Source: Eledone cirrhosa (taxonomy: Eukaryota). From it: 64,000 nt of DNA. A model generated the notes under the pieces. The model saw only the letters and a program-made list of their open reading frames with translations, was not told the DNA's origin and did no database searches. Positions 38,301 to 50,999 of this stretch are shown in pieces (the first letter of the stretch is position 1; each line of letters starts with the position of its first letter). The stretch lies in NCBI GenBank assembly GCA_964016885.1, contig OZ024741.1, positions 285,014,001-285,078,000 of the forward strand, read 5' to 3'. The position numbers were made by a program, and so were the translations under genes.

Positions 38301-40874
38301 AGTCCCCCGCTAACAGTAAAGAGCGAGACGTACCCAGAAAGGCTTCCAAGTTCTAAAGAAATCCAGCCGTCCTTCCCCGGTAGGGGCGTAGACGGCCACC
38401 AGTCTAAAGGCACCACCTTCGCATTTGTTCACGTCCAGGACCACCAACTTACCGCCCGGGTCCCGGAAAATCGATTTTACCACGAGATCCAGGCTTTTCC
38501 TAAACAGCACTGCCACCCCATCTCCCATTCCCGGCCGACTAACAGATGCGAATATCTGATAGTCGTCGAAAATAGGGGTTAATGCACGCGCGTCGAAAAT
38601 CCTGGTCTCGCTGACGGCAATTACATCTATTTGTAGAGACCCGAGGTCGTTGAGCAGGTGACCCTGCTTCCAGGACGATCCCAGGCCTCGAACATTTAAA
38701 CATCCTACTCTTAATATGGCCATGTTGGCAGGCTAAAAAGGAGAGGAAAGTTTACTGACCTACCGTGCTCTTGTGAAGGTCGGGTGGTTCGACCTCCATA
38801 GTTGGTGGGGTTTCTTTAGGGAACCCCTTTAAAAGCCTACTTGAGGGTTTTACACTGGGTGTTCCCACGTCGTTGGGGAAGCCATCCCTAATTGTTTTAT
38901 AATTGGTTAGTGCCATTCACACCAGCAAAAGTGTTTGTGGAACCTTGAAGGTGCAGGTGTTAAACGCCTCCCCCTCTTTCTCTATTTCCTTACTTCGTGT
39001 TATGAGGTTCAGTAATTTTGTGTTCGATTTCCTCACTAACACGAAGTTAGGTTGTTGTGGTTGTAAGTTGTTGCTGTGTGTGTTTTCTTTTAGTTGTTTG
39101 TGTTGGTGGTACTGTTGTTGGTGGAGATTGTGTTTGTGTTGATGGTTGTGTTTTTGCGGGGGAGGGTGTTGTAGTATGTGTGTCTGTGTTTGGTGCGAAT
39201 TTGTCTTTTTTGTTTGCTGTTTGTGTTGGTGTGTGAGATTTCTTGTGTTTTCTTTTTTGTTTTTTGGGGGGGCTTTTGGTGTTCCTCCTCATCTTCGCTT
39301 AGTGATGAAGAGGTTTCTGTGTTTGTGTCAGATGTAAGTGGCAGTGCGTGTATGGGTGTGTGTGTTTCAATGTATGTGTCTGCGTTCGAGAGGGAGGGAG
39401 AGGGAGAGCTTCTTTGGAGTGGCCCCTTGGTGGTCTTGGTTGTCTTTGCAGTTGTTGTTGGTTCTGCTGGTGTTGTTGCTGCAGATTTTGGTGTTGGTGT
39501 TGTTATTATATATGAGGCCCCGGCGTCGGCAGCAGCGGAGACTTTTGACCCCTTGCATTTTTTAACAGCTGAGGGCAGAAGGCTCGCAAGTGTGTTTTTT
39601 CACCGCAACTGAAATAGTGCGGCCTTTAGCCTTCAGCCATCACTTGTAGAGCCGTCCAGTTTTGGAGGCGGATTTGTTCCGCGATTTTCTTTATTTCTTC
39701 AGGTTTTATCTGGAGAAGTATCTCCAGATCAACCCCGGACCAGTCCTCTCTTTCTGTCCCGGTTACCTCTATTGGGACGGCATCTGACCCCCCCCCTCCC
39801 CCCACAATCACGCATCTCAAGAGCCACCACATATCTAGTCCAGGTGGAATCCTGGAAATGCGGACTCTAATTGTTCTTTTTCCCATGTGGGAGGGGTACA
39901 TAATAACCTTGCTGGTTTTGCAGGGCGTCGTCGAGGGCTTCAAAGCAAGGGCCTCCGAATTAAACAGCACCGAGATGGTGCCGATTTGTTGCACCTCAGC
40001 GCAGCTTCGACGTCTGCTTGGGGAAAGTTTGTGGCTCTTTTCGTCTCAGCTGAGATGCATCTGGAGACCAGAGTTCACTTCTCCACCGCTTCTATGGCCT
40101 CTGCCGGGACAGTTAAGTTGGCCCAGGCTTGCTCCTGTTTGATGAGCTTCCATGCCTAGGCCAACTTTGTTTCCTTGTCTGTCAAGTTCATGTTGAAGCA
40201 TGGCCTTTTCTTGGCTACTGCCGCAGCGAAAGTGTTCTTGTTGTTGTCGTTGTTCTTGTTGGTGTTGTTGCTGTTATCACTGTTACAGTTAGTTATATCT
40301 TTGGTGCTGTCGCTGTTTATGTTCTGGTTACTGGTGTTAATTTCGTTGTTGTTTTCGTTGTTTCGTTGATATTGTTGCTGCTGCTATTGTTGTTATTGTT
40401 GTTGTTGCTGTTGTTGTCACTGTTGTTGATATTGTTGTTGTTGTTGCTGTTGCTGTGGTTGTCACTGTTGTTGATATTGTTGTCTTTGTTGTCGTTCTTT
40501 CTGTTGTTGGTGTTGTTGTCATTATTGCAGTTGTCGTTGATTTTCCTGTCGTTGTTGCTGATGCTGTTGTCATTCTTGTTCACGAGTGTTTTTTTTACTG
40601 TTTTTGGTAATGTCGCTGTTGCTGCTGTTGTCATGTTTGTTCTCATTGCTGTTGGTGCTGGTGTTGGCGATATTGCCTGATGTGTTGTTACATTTTAAAA
40701 TTGTTGCGGGAGGGGCAGCGTTATTAGGCTCAAAGTTTGACTCGCTGTCGCAAGACATGTTTTTTCCGCCATGTTTTTATCTTTCGATAAAAATTTTCTT
40801 TTACACACACAAACCGTTGAACAAAACAAACTTACGAGCTCACAATAGTACGTCCATTTGCTTCAACGACCAAT

Positions 40875-40875
<1 letters not shown>
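35313..40875 (-). mobile_element. Tx1-clade LINE, full length with deletions
   Basis: ORF1 about 40758-38752. ORF2 from 38723 (MAILRVGCLNVRGLG, AYADDI). 3' end cccttgtggccaataaatgaaatc(ATT)n; 5' end abuts (AAT)n at 40878. Confidence 0.93.
36979..37053. repeat. 25-bp tandem triplication inside Tx1 RT
   Basis: ggtggaggttgtcgtgtatggattg repeated three times. Confidence 0.85.

Positions 40876-40877
<2 letters not shown>

Positions 40878-40925
<48 letters not shown>
40878..40925. repeat. (AAT)n microsatellite
   Basis: Direct reading. Confidence 0.95.
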
Positions 40926-40926
<1 letters not shown>

Positions 40927-41944
40927 GATGATATTAAAAACAACGAGGTTAAAGGCAATTTTTATCTATGAATGCCATAAAATTAACGATATACATGATC
41001 TTAATGAAACAAAGCAAACATTAATTAGACAGCTGAAAGCTAAAATTCGTAGAACATCAAAATTGAAACAAAATATTTTCAGAGAATATTAAAAAATACT
41101 ATATTGGGTATTAAACAATAAAACCATAAATGTGTATAATTCTCTAATCAATTAAGAAGTGAGAAAATTTAGGAGGAAGATTGCGGAATGATTATTAGGA
41201 ATTAAACTTAACATAAAATAGAAATAAATTGAAATGAAAAAGAAAAAAGTGCTTTGGACGAAAATAGAAATAAACTAATTCACTGCATAAGACAGATAAT
41301 ACGAGAAGAGAAGTAGAAAATAGAGAGATGTCAATTGGAATTAATTAGATGAAGCCTGCTTAATAAAACCCCGACGCACCTCATACAATATATTCGCAAG
41401 GAATTTTAATAGAATAAAGAATATTGTTGAATACTGAATAACACAAAGCATAACTACACCTATACTCTAAATACCCTCAGCTGATGTCCTCTAGATGTTA
41501 GAATTAAAACACATGTAATGGCTTCTACACAGAATAATGTAAGTTTGAATGGAATGGAATGGAATTGAGCTTTGTTGGTTTCGACGTTGAGTCTTCTACT
41601 TGTTCGATCAACGGAACAGGCTGTTCGTTAAATTAGCGTGTAAATGGCTGAGCATTTCACAAATATATGTAGCCTTAACATAATTCTTGAGAAGTTTCAG
41701 CGTGAGAAAGGTGTATGACAAAGCTATCCTCTTAAAGTACAGGCAGAGTCTGTGCGATAATTTCCAAGGAGTTTCATGTACAAGGCTTGGTTCGAGTCGA
41801 GGTATGGTGGATTACACTTGTCTAAGATGCCATCCAGTGGGATGGATCCCAGAACCTAATGGTTGCAAAGCAAACTTCATAATATTTTTGGAGACTGTTG
41901 AAAGAAAATGAATTGTCGTATTGTGGCAGTGTATCATGCACAGA

Positions 41945-42105
41945 TGGCGATGAATTAGTAGAGTCGTTAGAACGTCGTATAGAATGTTTTGTGGTATTTG
42001 TTCCGGCTCTACTCTCTGAGTTCAAATCCCACCGAGGTCAACACTGCATTTCAACCTTTCGAGGTCGATAAAAAAAAGTACCAGTCTAGTACTGGGGTCG
42101 ATTCT
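41945..42105 (+). mobile_element. Family A SINE, diverged
   Basis: gagttcaaatcccaccgaggtcaac..gaggtcgataaaa. Confidence 0.75.
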
Positions 42106-42256
42106 TCCTCTGTATATCTTTCTCCCTTCATCTCTATCACTTTCTATCCTTCTCTGGAAGAAATCTTCGGTATTCAGACAAGGAGAGAGTTGGGCTCCAC
42201 CAGGTTTTAAAATGCCCTAGAAAGTTCGTTGTGATTATACTATCAAAATATAACTA

Positions 42257-42589
42257 CAGTGGAAACTCGATTCACTAACTTAATTCGTTCCTGAAGGCCG
42301 TTCGTCACTCGAAATGTTTGTCAACCGAAACAATTTTTCCAATACGAAATGTTGAGAGAGAAATACAATGAGAGGGAAACTGTGCCTAAAAGTCGGATAG
42401 ATATCACCAAAGTAACTAACTACACAGCACATGACATTTTCTCGTCAATACTCCTAGCTTATTGCCAACCGTTGTGGCCACCTTATGAGTTCGTTACTCG
42501 AGACACCGTTCGTAAACCAATACGTTTTATGTTAAAAAAAAAAAAAAAATGTTCGTGATGAGAGGCGTTCATGAACCGAGGTTCCATTT
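42257..42589. mobile_element. pogo/Tigger-like MITE
   Basis: TA-CAGTGGAAACTCG ... CGAGGTTCCATT termini, with internal ttcgt subrepeats. Confidence 0.6.
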
Positions 42590-42642
42590 GCCGCTGGCCT
42601 CTTATTCCATTTTGAATAAGAGGCCAGCGGCAAATAACGTAT

Positions 42643-42812
42643 AGAAGAAGAAGAAGAAGAAGAAGAAGAAGAAGCAGAAGAAGAAAAAGAAGAAGAAGAA
42701 GAAGAAGAAGGACGACGACGACGACGACAATAACAACAACAACAGCAGCAACAACGACGACCACGACGACCACGACGACAACGACGACGACAACAACAAC
42801 AACAGCAACAAC
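42643..42812. repeat. Compound (GAA)n/(GAC)n/(CAA)n microsatellite
   Basis: Direct reading. Confidence 0.9.
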
Positions 42813-42992
42813 TTATCATGAAAACAATATAGGAAGTAGGATTGCAAGAACCAAATGAGGTGAATGATAGATTAGATCTGCAGGTGTGCAGTAGCAATAA
42901 CGTAACCTCTATAACCCCCCCCCCCTCCGGCTGCCATCTTTACACGTCTACGGATCTAAAGAAAAATAAAAACTATTGAACAGAAAGATGAA

Positions 42993-43135
42993 ATAATTGT
43001 TTCTACTTTTGGCACAAGGCCAGCAATTACCCATTTATCGACCCCGTAAGGATGAAAGACAAAGTTAACCTCGGCGGGATTTGAACTCAGATCATAAAGG
43101 GAGGTAACTCTATGCTTCAAAGCATGGCGTCCTGA
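42993..43135 (-). mobile_element. Family A SINE with internal deletion
   Basis: Reverse complement of the family sequence. Confidence 0.8.
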
Positions 43136-43679
43136 TATTATACACGCCTTCATAATTAATTATATTAGTATCTAGCTTAGTGATTAGGATGCTCGGTTCA
43201 TGATTGTGAAGGCGCGTGGCCTAGTGGTTACGGTGTTGGAAAAAAGAATTATGACGTTACTAGTACCAAATTCTATCGGCCTTTGCCGTTCCCTTGGACG
43301 ACATCAGTGGAGTAGAGAGCGGTGATTGGCGTGCGAAGGCGACTTCTGGGCTTCCACAAAATACTTTGCCAAGACAACAACAGCTGCCACCACCACAACA
43401 ACAAAAACAACATAATATAAGAATACAAACAACCAATTTCATCAAACGCATTGTTATCAGAATAAAATAAGGGGAAAATGTGGAGGAATTTGACTTTTCA
43501 TGACAGAGAAAGTAGACATAACACGTTCGGATGCTTCGTAAAAATGGAATGAATTCAAATCGGAAATCCTTCACATAATAGAATGACAATTCTGTGGCTA
43601 TATCAGCAGGTTTTATACCTTTCCTTATCATATTTCTAACGAAAGAAACTGCCTATAAGGTTCATGTGAATGACTGGTT

Positions 43680-43975
43680 AGATTGTTCATCTCACGATCG
43701 TAACATCGTGCGTTCGATTTCCAGCGATGCTTTATGTTCTTTAGCAAGACACTTTATTCCACCTTGCTCCAGTCCACTTCAGCTGGCAAAAAATGTAATC
43801 CAAAGGTTCAGTTTTTCACATATTGAGTCATGCTGAATCTCCCTGAGAATTACAGTAAAAGGGTACATGTGTCTGTGAAATACTCAGCCACTTGCAGGTT
43901 AATCTCAAGAGCAGGCTGTACCATTGTCAAAACAACTAGAATAATCATCGTTGGAACCGACGGAGGTCTAACACA
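43680..43975 (+). mobile_element. SINE family B
   Basis: gttcgatttcc..agcaagacactttattccaccttgctccagtccac; 3' part shared with 15120-15230. Confidence 0.6.
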
Positions 43976-44379
43976 CATATGACATACAAAATATTTTTTT
44001 TAAATAATAGAACATTTAAAGAGATTTAGTAATATAACTAACTTTCTTCTTATTTTTTGTTGACATAGTAGCACATTTATAGATTTATCTCAACTATCTT
44101 GTCATTTATATAATCAGATTAATAAGTGTCATTAAATTACAAATTATTCTTTATTCTCTCAGGCATTTAGACTATAATTTTTACAATTACTTTATTTATC
44201 TAAAAATATTTCACCATAATGTTTTCTACAAACCTTTGTTAAGTCACAACCGAGTTAGTCATACAGTTAAAGTGGTGTGGTGAATAAATATATACATATG
44301 AACCAGGTCCGAACACAAAGGAACCAAACTCCCACTGTCACTGCCTCCGTCTCTCCCGTTCTCGCCATCTCTCACTATT

Positions 44380-47350
44380 ATGAGCAAATTGGGGCCCACG
44401 CACTGGCCGCGGCTCCGGCGGACAAAATAGAGAAGGCATTTTCCCGGAGGATGGTGAGAGAGATGCGCTGGAAGATCCATTCCAGCTCACAAAGCTCTGT
44501 GACGATCGTGGTGAGTAGGGAGGTGGTCCTATAGCCCAGGAAACCAGAAGTCTCCACTGTTACGGGCTCGACCGCAAACCTGCTGGAGAGCGACCAATAT
44601 TTGGAGAGCCTGGGTTAGTCGCAGACTACGCCATATTGCCGCTGGAATATGTGCCGCTGCATGCGGCATCACAGATGAAGGGTTTACCACCGCGCAACGG
44701 GAAGATGATCATGCATGGCTTTTGCCGCCTCCTCGATTTAGCCCCACCGGCTCGAGTTGGGAGGGTAAGCCTGCAGCATCCAAGCCATGCTTTATGATCT
44801 CATTGAGAGCAGCATGACGTGGAAGGCGGATGGTAGTATAGCAACTGGACAGCGGCTGGAGGCCGAAAGTGTCTACGGTGGATCTGCAGCGACATTTGTG
44901 TGGATCCAGAGGTCGAGCTTCAGGGAAACCACGATTCGCAGGCTCTCATTATCCAGCTGCGTCTCAGTCGAAAAGGAGGGTAAGGCGTTGAATCAGGCAC
45001 CACTGTGGGGTTATGAGGCCGAAGGAAAACATGCGAGGCGGTGCTGGTCGAGCTAACGCGCTAGCCTGCCCGAGGCCATGTCACACTGGATGGCATCACA
45101 TATGATCTGGAGGGGATTTAACGTCTACAGGGGAAAAAAGAAGGAGTCTGAGCCAGTTCCAAATATCACAGGCGGCCTCGCGTTCCAAAATCACAGTAGG
45201 TTCTGTTGTGTTGTGGTGAACCCTGTTGATGAGGAAACGGCAAGAGGTTACCGACGAAAGAAACGCCGGCAAAGCCAGTGAGGCCGGAGACTAGAAACCA
45301 AAGCCACCGTTTCTAACAGGTAAGGTGACCTATTGCCTTCCAAAGTCGTCAAACCTGACGTTGTATATCACCCCAGCTGCCGTTCTGATACAAGTATCGA
45401 GGTCAATGAGGAGAGATGTGTGGCTGTAGCAAGGAGCCCTACGAAATGTGTAGAGGAGCTTCGCCATGGCGAAGCAGTTACTCAGCAGGAATAAGTCTGC
45501 ATGGGCGTCAATCATGCCCAGTCTGCTCGTGAGGGTCGTGAGTTGCTAGAGCCTGGACCTGATAGGGGTGTGGATGGTTGGCGGGAGGATTGGTGACAAA
45601 TCCCTCTGCGCCGTGATTGAGATTCAGCACCTCCGACTCTGACGAGTTGACCTCGAGGCCAATTCTCGCCAGAGAAGGAAGCACCGATCGTAGGTCGTGG
45701 TCGACAATCTCCGCGGGCCTACCCAACGTGTCATCATCCAGGTACCAAACGTTGAAAGGGGCCGTGATGTTCCGAGCAATGGGATCTATACCGAGAGCAA
45801 AGAGGACGGCCAAAATGGTCACCTGTTGAACCCCTGTGGCTGAAGGTATGACCGTGTCAGCAGCAAAGAGCATGTTCCCTGTGACAGGTAAGTCAGCAGA
45901 TAGGTAGAGGGGGCTCGGCTGAGGTAGGCCTTGAACAGATGGTTACGGCGTAGGTAGCTAAAGGCATTCCTCATGTCAAATTTAACAATGAGGTACCTAG
46001 TGGCCCTCGACGCCGGTTCCGATGGGCAGTTATTGAAGAACTTCCTAGCTGCATGTCTGATCTCCCACACCTACCAAACACGCCAATCTCTAATTGCACC
46101 GGGCTGAGATCCTCAACCAGTTCAGGTGTGATGACCTGCAGACCACCTTGGCTGCCAGCCTCCGGAAGACATTACCCATCGTGATGGGGCGTATGTCACC
46201 CTCTTTCTTCATGAGAGCGGTCAGGCTGGCCGAAAAGAAAAGGCCACGAGCGTAAGGGTCCATGGCATCATGAATGAACCTTTTGATGAGTTCCACAATT
46301 GCACTCAGAAGGCGGCACCCGGCTTCCGCTGATAGGGGGATATCAACCCTTAGAGGTGGCCAGGTCGGAGACCATCAATACCTCCGCTGCTGCTGGCAGG
46401 GAAGGACTTGATGGCAGATATCATGTCTGCCTCTGATTCCACAAAGAGCAGTTGAGAATCAAGAGGGGGTATGGGTCTAAGGTCTGTGGGTGGCTCAGGA
46501 TGCTTGAGCCGAAGAGCATCTAGGACCTTCTCGGTGGTGTGGAGGACAGTGTCCACCGAGACGACCACTCTGACACATCACCCTCGATTAGTTTGGCGTT
46601 TACGCGGGAGCATAAATGCTTTGTGTTAGCCTCAAGGGTGGAGGATAGAGAGCACCTGAGAGCAGAGGGTGTGGCGTCCTTGGACACACTGAGGATGGGC
46701 GCTTTCCCAAAGGACGAAACGTCGGTCTTGTCACAAGCCGCTGTCAACAGGCCACCTCGGTCAGTGCCAGAGTTGGGGAGGCCAAGGGCGAGTGGGGCAA
46801 AATGGAAGAGGCGCTCCCAGTCACCGGCTCGATTAGAGTCCAGGGCACTCTCGATTGAGGAGGCGAGGGCATCGGCCACCGGCATCCTGACTGCTTTCAG
46901 AATTTTGAGCGGATTCTTTCGGAGCCACCGGAGCCGCCTAAGCCGAGTGATTTGACCAGCTAGGCTTCAGCATCAGACAAGATCGCTGTGTCATCTAGTG
47001 GACTGTCGCAGCTGTGCAGACGATGTGAGGGCACTGGAGGATCGACGCGTCAGGCCAACACAAGAAAGGTGGTGGAAACAGCCGCACCCCGAACAGTTCC
47101 GGAGTTTCTTCCGCCTGTTCGTGATGGTTCTTGAAGCCGGGTAACTAGTTGAGGCGTGGAGCCGCGTAATTAGAGCATTATACGGCAACATGGGTGTGTG
47201 GTTGGATGTCTCTGGTCAGGGCACTTGGCTCAACGGTGGGTCGGTGGATGGGAGAAACTGGAATCATGGGGAAGTGGGTAGGGTGATGATATGAAAGAAG
47301 CATCATATCTCAACTACACCAGATCCGAAGGCAACGGAAGACAAAATAAA
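44380..47350 (-). mobile_element. CRE-clade RLE non-LTR retrotransposon, decayed
   Basis: SSGGIDGLRPGHL, IRPITMGNVFRRLAAK, FDMRNAF, SATGVQQ, WYLDDDTL, HKCRC..LSSC..RH, LEPVGL, PVTVETSG, QRISLTILRENA. Confidence 0.85.
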
Positions 47351-47993
47351 AAAGGGGGAATAAGAGCATGGAGGGGGACCTAAAAAATAATTATTATGCT
47401 TATATTTGGAACGTTACTTAATAAGGTTTTTTGTTTTTTACATAAGATTATGATGGGATGCTATGGTTTTCTTGTGGTTGGTGGCGGCTGTGGTGGAGGT
47501 GGTGGCAAGAGAGTTGATGTTACTGTTGTTGCTGCTTATGATGGCGGTGGGGTCACTGTTGGTTTAGCGGTGGTAGTGTTGTTGTGGTTGGTAGTGCTGC
47601 TTGTAGCGATGTTGGTGATGATAGAATAGTTGTTGTTGTAGTTGGTGATGTTGCCGGGTGGTGGGGATGGTGGTGGTGATGATGATTGTTGTGGCGATAA
47701 AATTGTTAATGGCGTTTCTGTTAGTGTTGGTGGTTGTGGCAGTAAGAGTGTGGCATCTGCTGATAGTGACTGATTGTTTCTAGCATCGGTGGCTATACTA
47801 GTGGGGGTGATGTAGGTGTAGAAAGCGGAAGTGAAGTCTACTTTCCTTCCTCCTTGTTTGTCTGTCTCCTCCCCCTTCTCTCTCTACTCACATGCATATA
47901 CACAAAAAAACATTGGAAAATACATTAATACATACATATTATACGTGCACACAAACAGATATGTAAGTATTAACACCTACATGCATATATATA

Positions 47994-48031
<38 letters not shown>

Positions 48032-48768
48032 GGCTTGTAGGAATTATGTAGGAGGTATTGCTCTAATGGTGTTGGTGATGCTGGCGGTCCGGTAATGGTA
48101 GCACAGTCCTCATTGGGGTGAGATGGGCGACTACTACGCACTAATATTTTTACTATATTTATGGTATAATTGCTAATAGTAATTTTTTAATAAAAATACT
48201 GTTTGTGTGTTTCAGTGTTTGTGTATATATGCTCGTTCAGATATCATAATCTTTTGTGGTAAATATTCTCTAATCCAAATTTCCAAGAAACTTCTCGGCT
48301 TCTACATCGGTACTCGGTGCTTCTCTTGTCTGGATGTTATCCAGGTTATTTCTTTGTGAATTCTTTCTGGGATTTTTTTTTGTGGTGGGGGGGGGGGGGG
48401 GGTATTTTCTTAAGTGATTAAACAATTTTTTAAAAATCAACATTAGCTTTGAGGTTTTCTGTATATTCCTTTCCTATTCGTTCCTTCGATGTTTTGGAAT
48501 ACTTCAAGCCTTAGCTACAATTTCCAATAAGCTTATGGGTACATGTTTCACGTTTTTGTATCCGGATTTCCCTCAATAATATGTCTATTTTATGAATAGG
48601 CTCTTGTCGTTTTTTTTTGTGGGGGGAGGGGCGTTTTCGAGTGTCGACAGCATTGTGGTTGGAATTTTAACTGCGTCAAAGACTCTTTCCTATTCCTTAA
48701 CAATAGCGAGATCATTGAAAGAGACAAGAGTAAATCACATGCAATAGCATTTATGTCATGTTGGCTAA

Positions 48769-50333
48769 TCTATATATATAATATAAAAGAGAGATGTTTA
48801 TTGGCTGGTTGGTTGGTTGGTTTAATCACACGGAAACCACACGCACACACACATGCATACATGCATACACACACACATCTAAAGAGTGAGACACACAGAC
48901 GAAGAGGCAAAGAGAGAGAGATAGGCCGTTATACAGAGAGAGAGAGATACAATTAAAGTGTTAGATATTCAGAGAGAGACGTCCCACAAAAGTCTAGAAT
49001 CGGCTTAAACTATAGATCAAAGTATTAGTTGAATGTTTAACGATATTGCGTTAGCTTTTATAAAGTTGTTTTACACCAGTCTTTGATTTTACAGAACACA
49101 GAAAAAATTGATACTATTTGAAATTAATTTACGGTGTATATTAATTTAGCTTTTTGAGGATAGTGTCATATGTTATTATTTACCTAATTAAGGGCGGTGG
49201 ATTGGCAGTATCGGTAGAGGGTCGGACGCCATGCTTTCCAGCATAGTTACGTCCCTTTACGATCTGAGTTCAAATCCCGCTGAGGTTGACTTTACCTTTC
49301 ATCCTTACGGGGTCGATAAAATAAAGTACCAGTAATGCACTGGGTAATTGCTGGCCTTGTGCCTAAAGTAGAAACAATTATTTACCTAATTCAACCTATT
49401 CTCTAAGGCTGGTATTTGCTTTTATTTCTTTTCATATTGCTTTGTATTGTTTTTGTTTTTTTTACGATATTTTCCAAGAAAATTAATTTCATCATGTCAC
49501 CAAAACTCCGCACATCTATCGGGGGAGTTACAATGTCTGCCAAACAGTTGAAATCTTCAAGTGAAAGAGAAATCCATGAACAATATAAAAAAAGACTTGG
49601 GAATAAATAGACAAGTCGACATTGTAACGTTCAGCAGAATATGAGACGGGAAACAGAAAGGTTAAGACAACAAAAAAGACGATCGCAACTTTCTGAAAGT
49701 TTACAGAACCTGAGTCCGGAAACAGAAAGATTAAGGGAAGAAGAAAGACTATCGCAACAAACAGAGGTTCAATATGAAAATCACCAAGAAGCAATGAAAG
49801 TTGCGATGCACGAGCACAAATGATTCTTTAAGGAAGAATAAACTGACTAAGAGTTGCGTTTTCATATGATCCATCGAATAATTATAGAAATAATCATAAA
49901 GTTACGATTGGTATCATGGATATTACATTTGGCATGTGATGCTTAGGAGGAAAGGTCAGACTTCCACTGATAGAGGACCCTCCAGCTTTTATCCATATAC
50001 TGCTTACAGACCATATTAACGAAGCTAAATACTTCAGAAGCAATGTTATGCGGTATATTGCTGCGTTTCAGATGACGTCCTTTGGAGCTGAAAAAGCTCC
50101 TACTGACTATGGTTATTTCACATTTAAAACCCAAGGCCAAAACTATCATTTAATCAGCAATTTACTCCTCCAGTCTAATATGGAAGTTTTATGATTTTTT
50201 TGTCTCTCTCACAAACACACATTTCAGTCTCACCTCATACTGTAAACCAGACAACACATCCAATACATTTGTTTCCTATTTTATCCGTCTTCTCTTAACT
50301 GTTCTCCCGTGCGAAGGCGGGTACCTCAGCTAG
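48769..50333 (+). mobile_element. Internally deleted Helitron with both termini
   Basis: A|TCTATATA start; YIAAFQMTSFGA and FKTQGQNYHLISNLL N-terminal motifs; subterminal cccgtgcgaaggcggg hairpin, then CTAG|T. Confidence 0.8.
49190..49376 (+). mobile_element. Family A SINE inside the Helitron, 15-bp TSD
   Basis: attatttacctaatt at 49175-49189 and 49377-49391. Confidence 0.93.
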
Positions 50334-50623
50334 TTTATATACATTTTAATTCCGAATTAAGTGAGCCCCTCTGTTTCTTGTAAATAGGAAAGGCTTTAGT
50401 AGTAATTCATCTTTAGTAGTAATACATCTTTCGAAGATAAGCGAGGCAATTGCGATATGTTTACTGAAGTATAAATGAAGCCGAAAAAATTCGTGATGAT
50501 GATGATACTATTCGGAGATACGCATGATCGCAAACGTGGATATATTTGATTTCAATTGCTGAAGCATAAAGTGTCCCAAGAGGAAATGCACATTCGCGAG
50601 CGGAAATATTATTGTTATTATTA

Positions 50624-50992
50624 TTGGCAATATCGGTAGAGCGACAGACACCATGTGGCATAAAGTTATGGCCCTTCACGTTCTGAGTTCAAATCCCGCC
50701 GAGGTTAACTTTGCCTTTCATCCTTACGGGATCGATAAAATAAAGTACCAGTAATACACTGGGGTCTATTTAATCAACTTTCCCTCCCCCACCAAATTGT
50801 TGGTCTTGTGTCTAAATCAGAAACAATTATTATTAGCAATATCCTTAGAGCGTCGGACACCATACTTTGTGGCATAGAGTTACGACCCTTTACGTTCTGG
50901 GTTCAAATTTCGCCGTGGTTAGCTTTGCCTTTCATCTTTACGGGGTCGACAAAATAAAGCACCAGTAATGCACTATGGTCGATTTAATCGAA
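50624..50992 (+). mobile_element. Two tandem family A SINEs joined at an ATT tail
   Basis: Copies at about 50624-50834 and 50835-50992. Confidence 0.85.
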
Positions 50993-50999
50993 CGCATTA

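Noticed and set aside
40926-41480. Second Dong/R4-like fragment after (AAT)n
   Set aside because: Only faint peptide resemblance (LKAKIRR); too decayed to call by eye.
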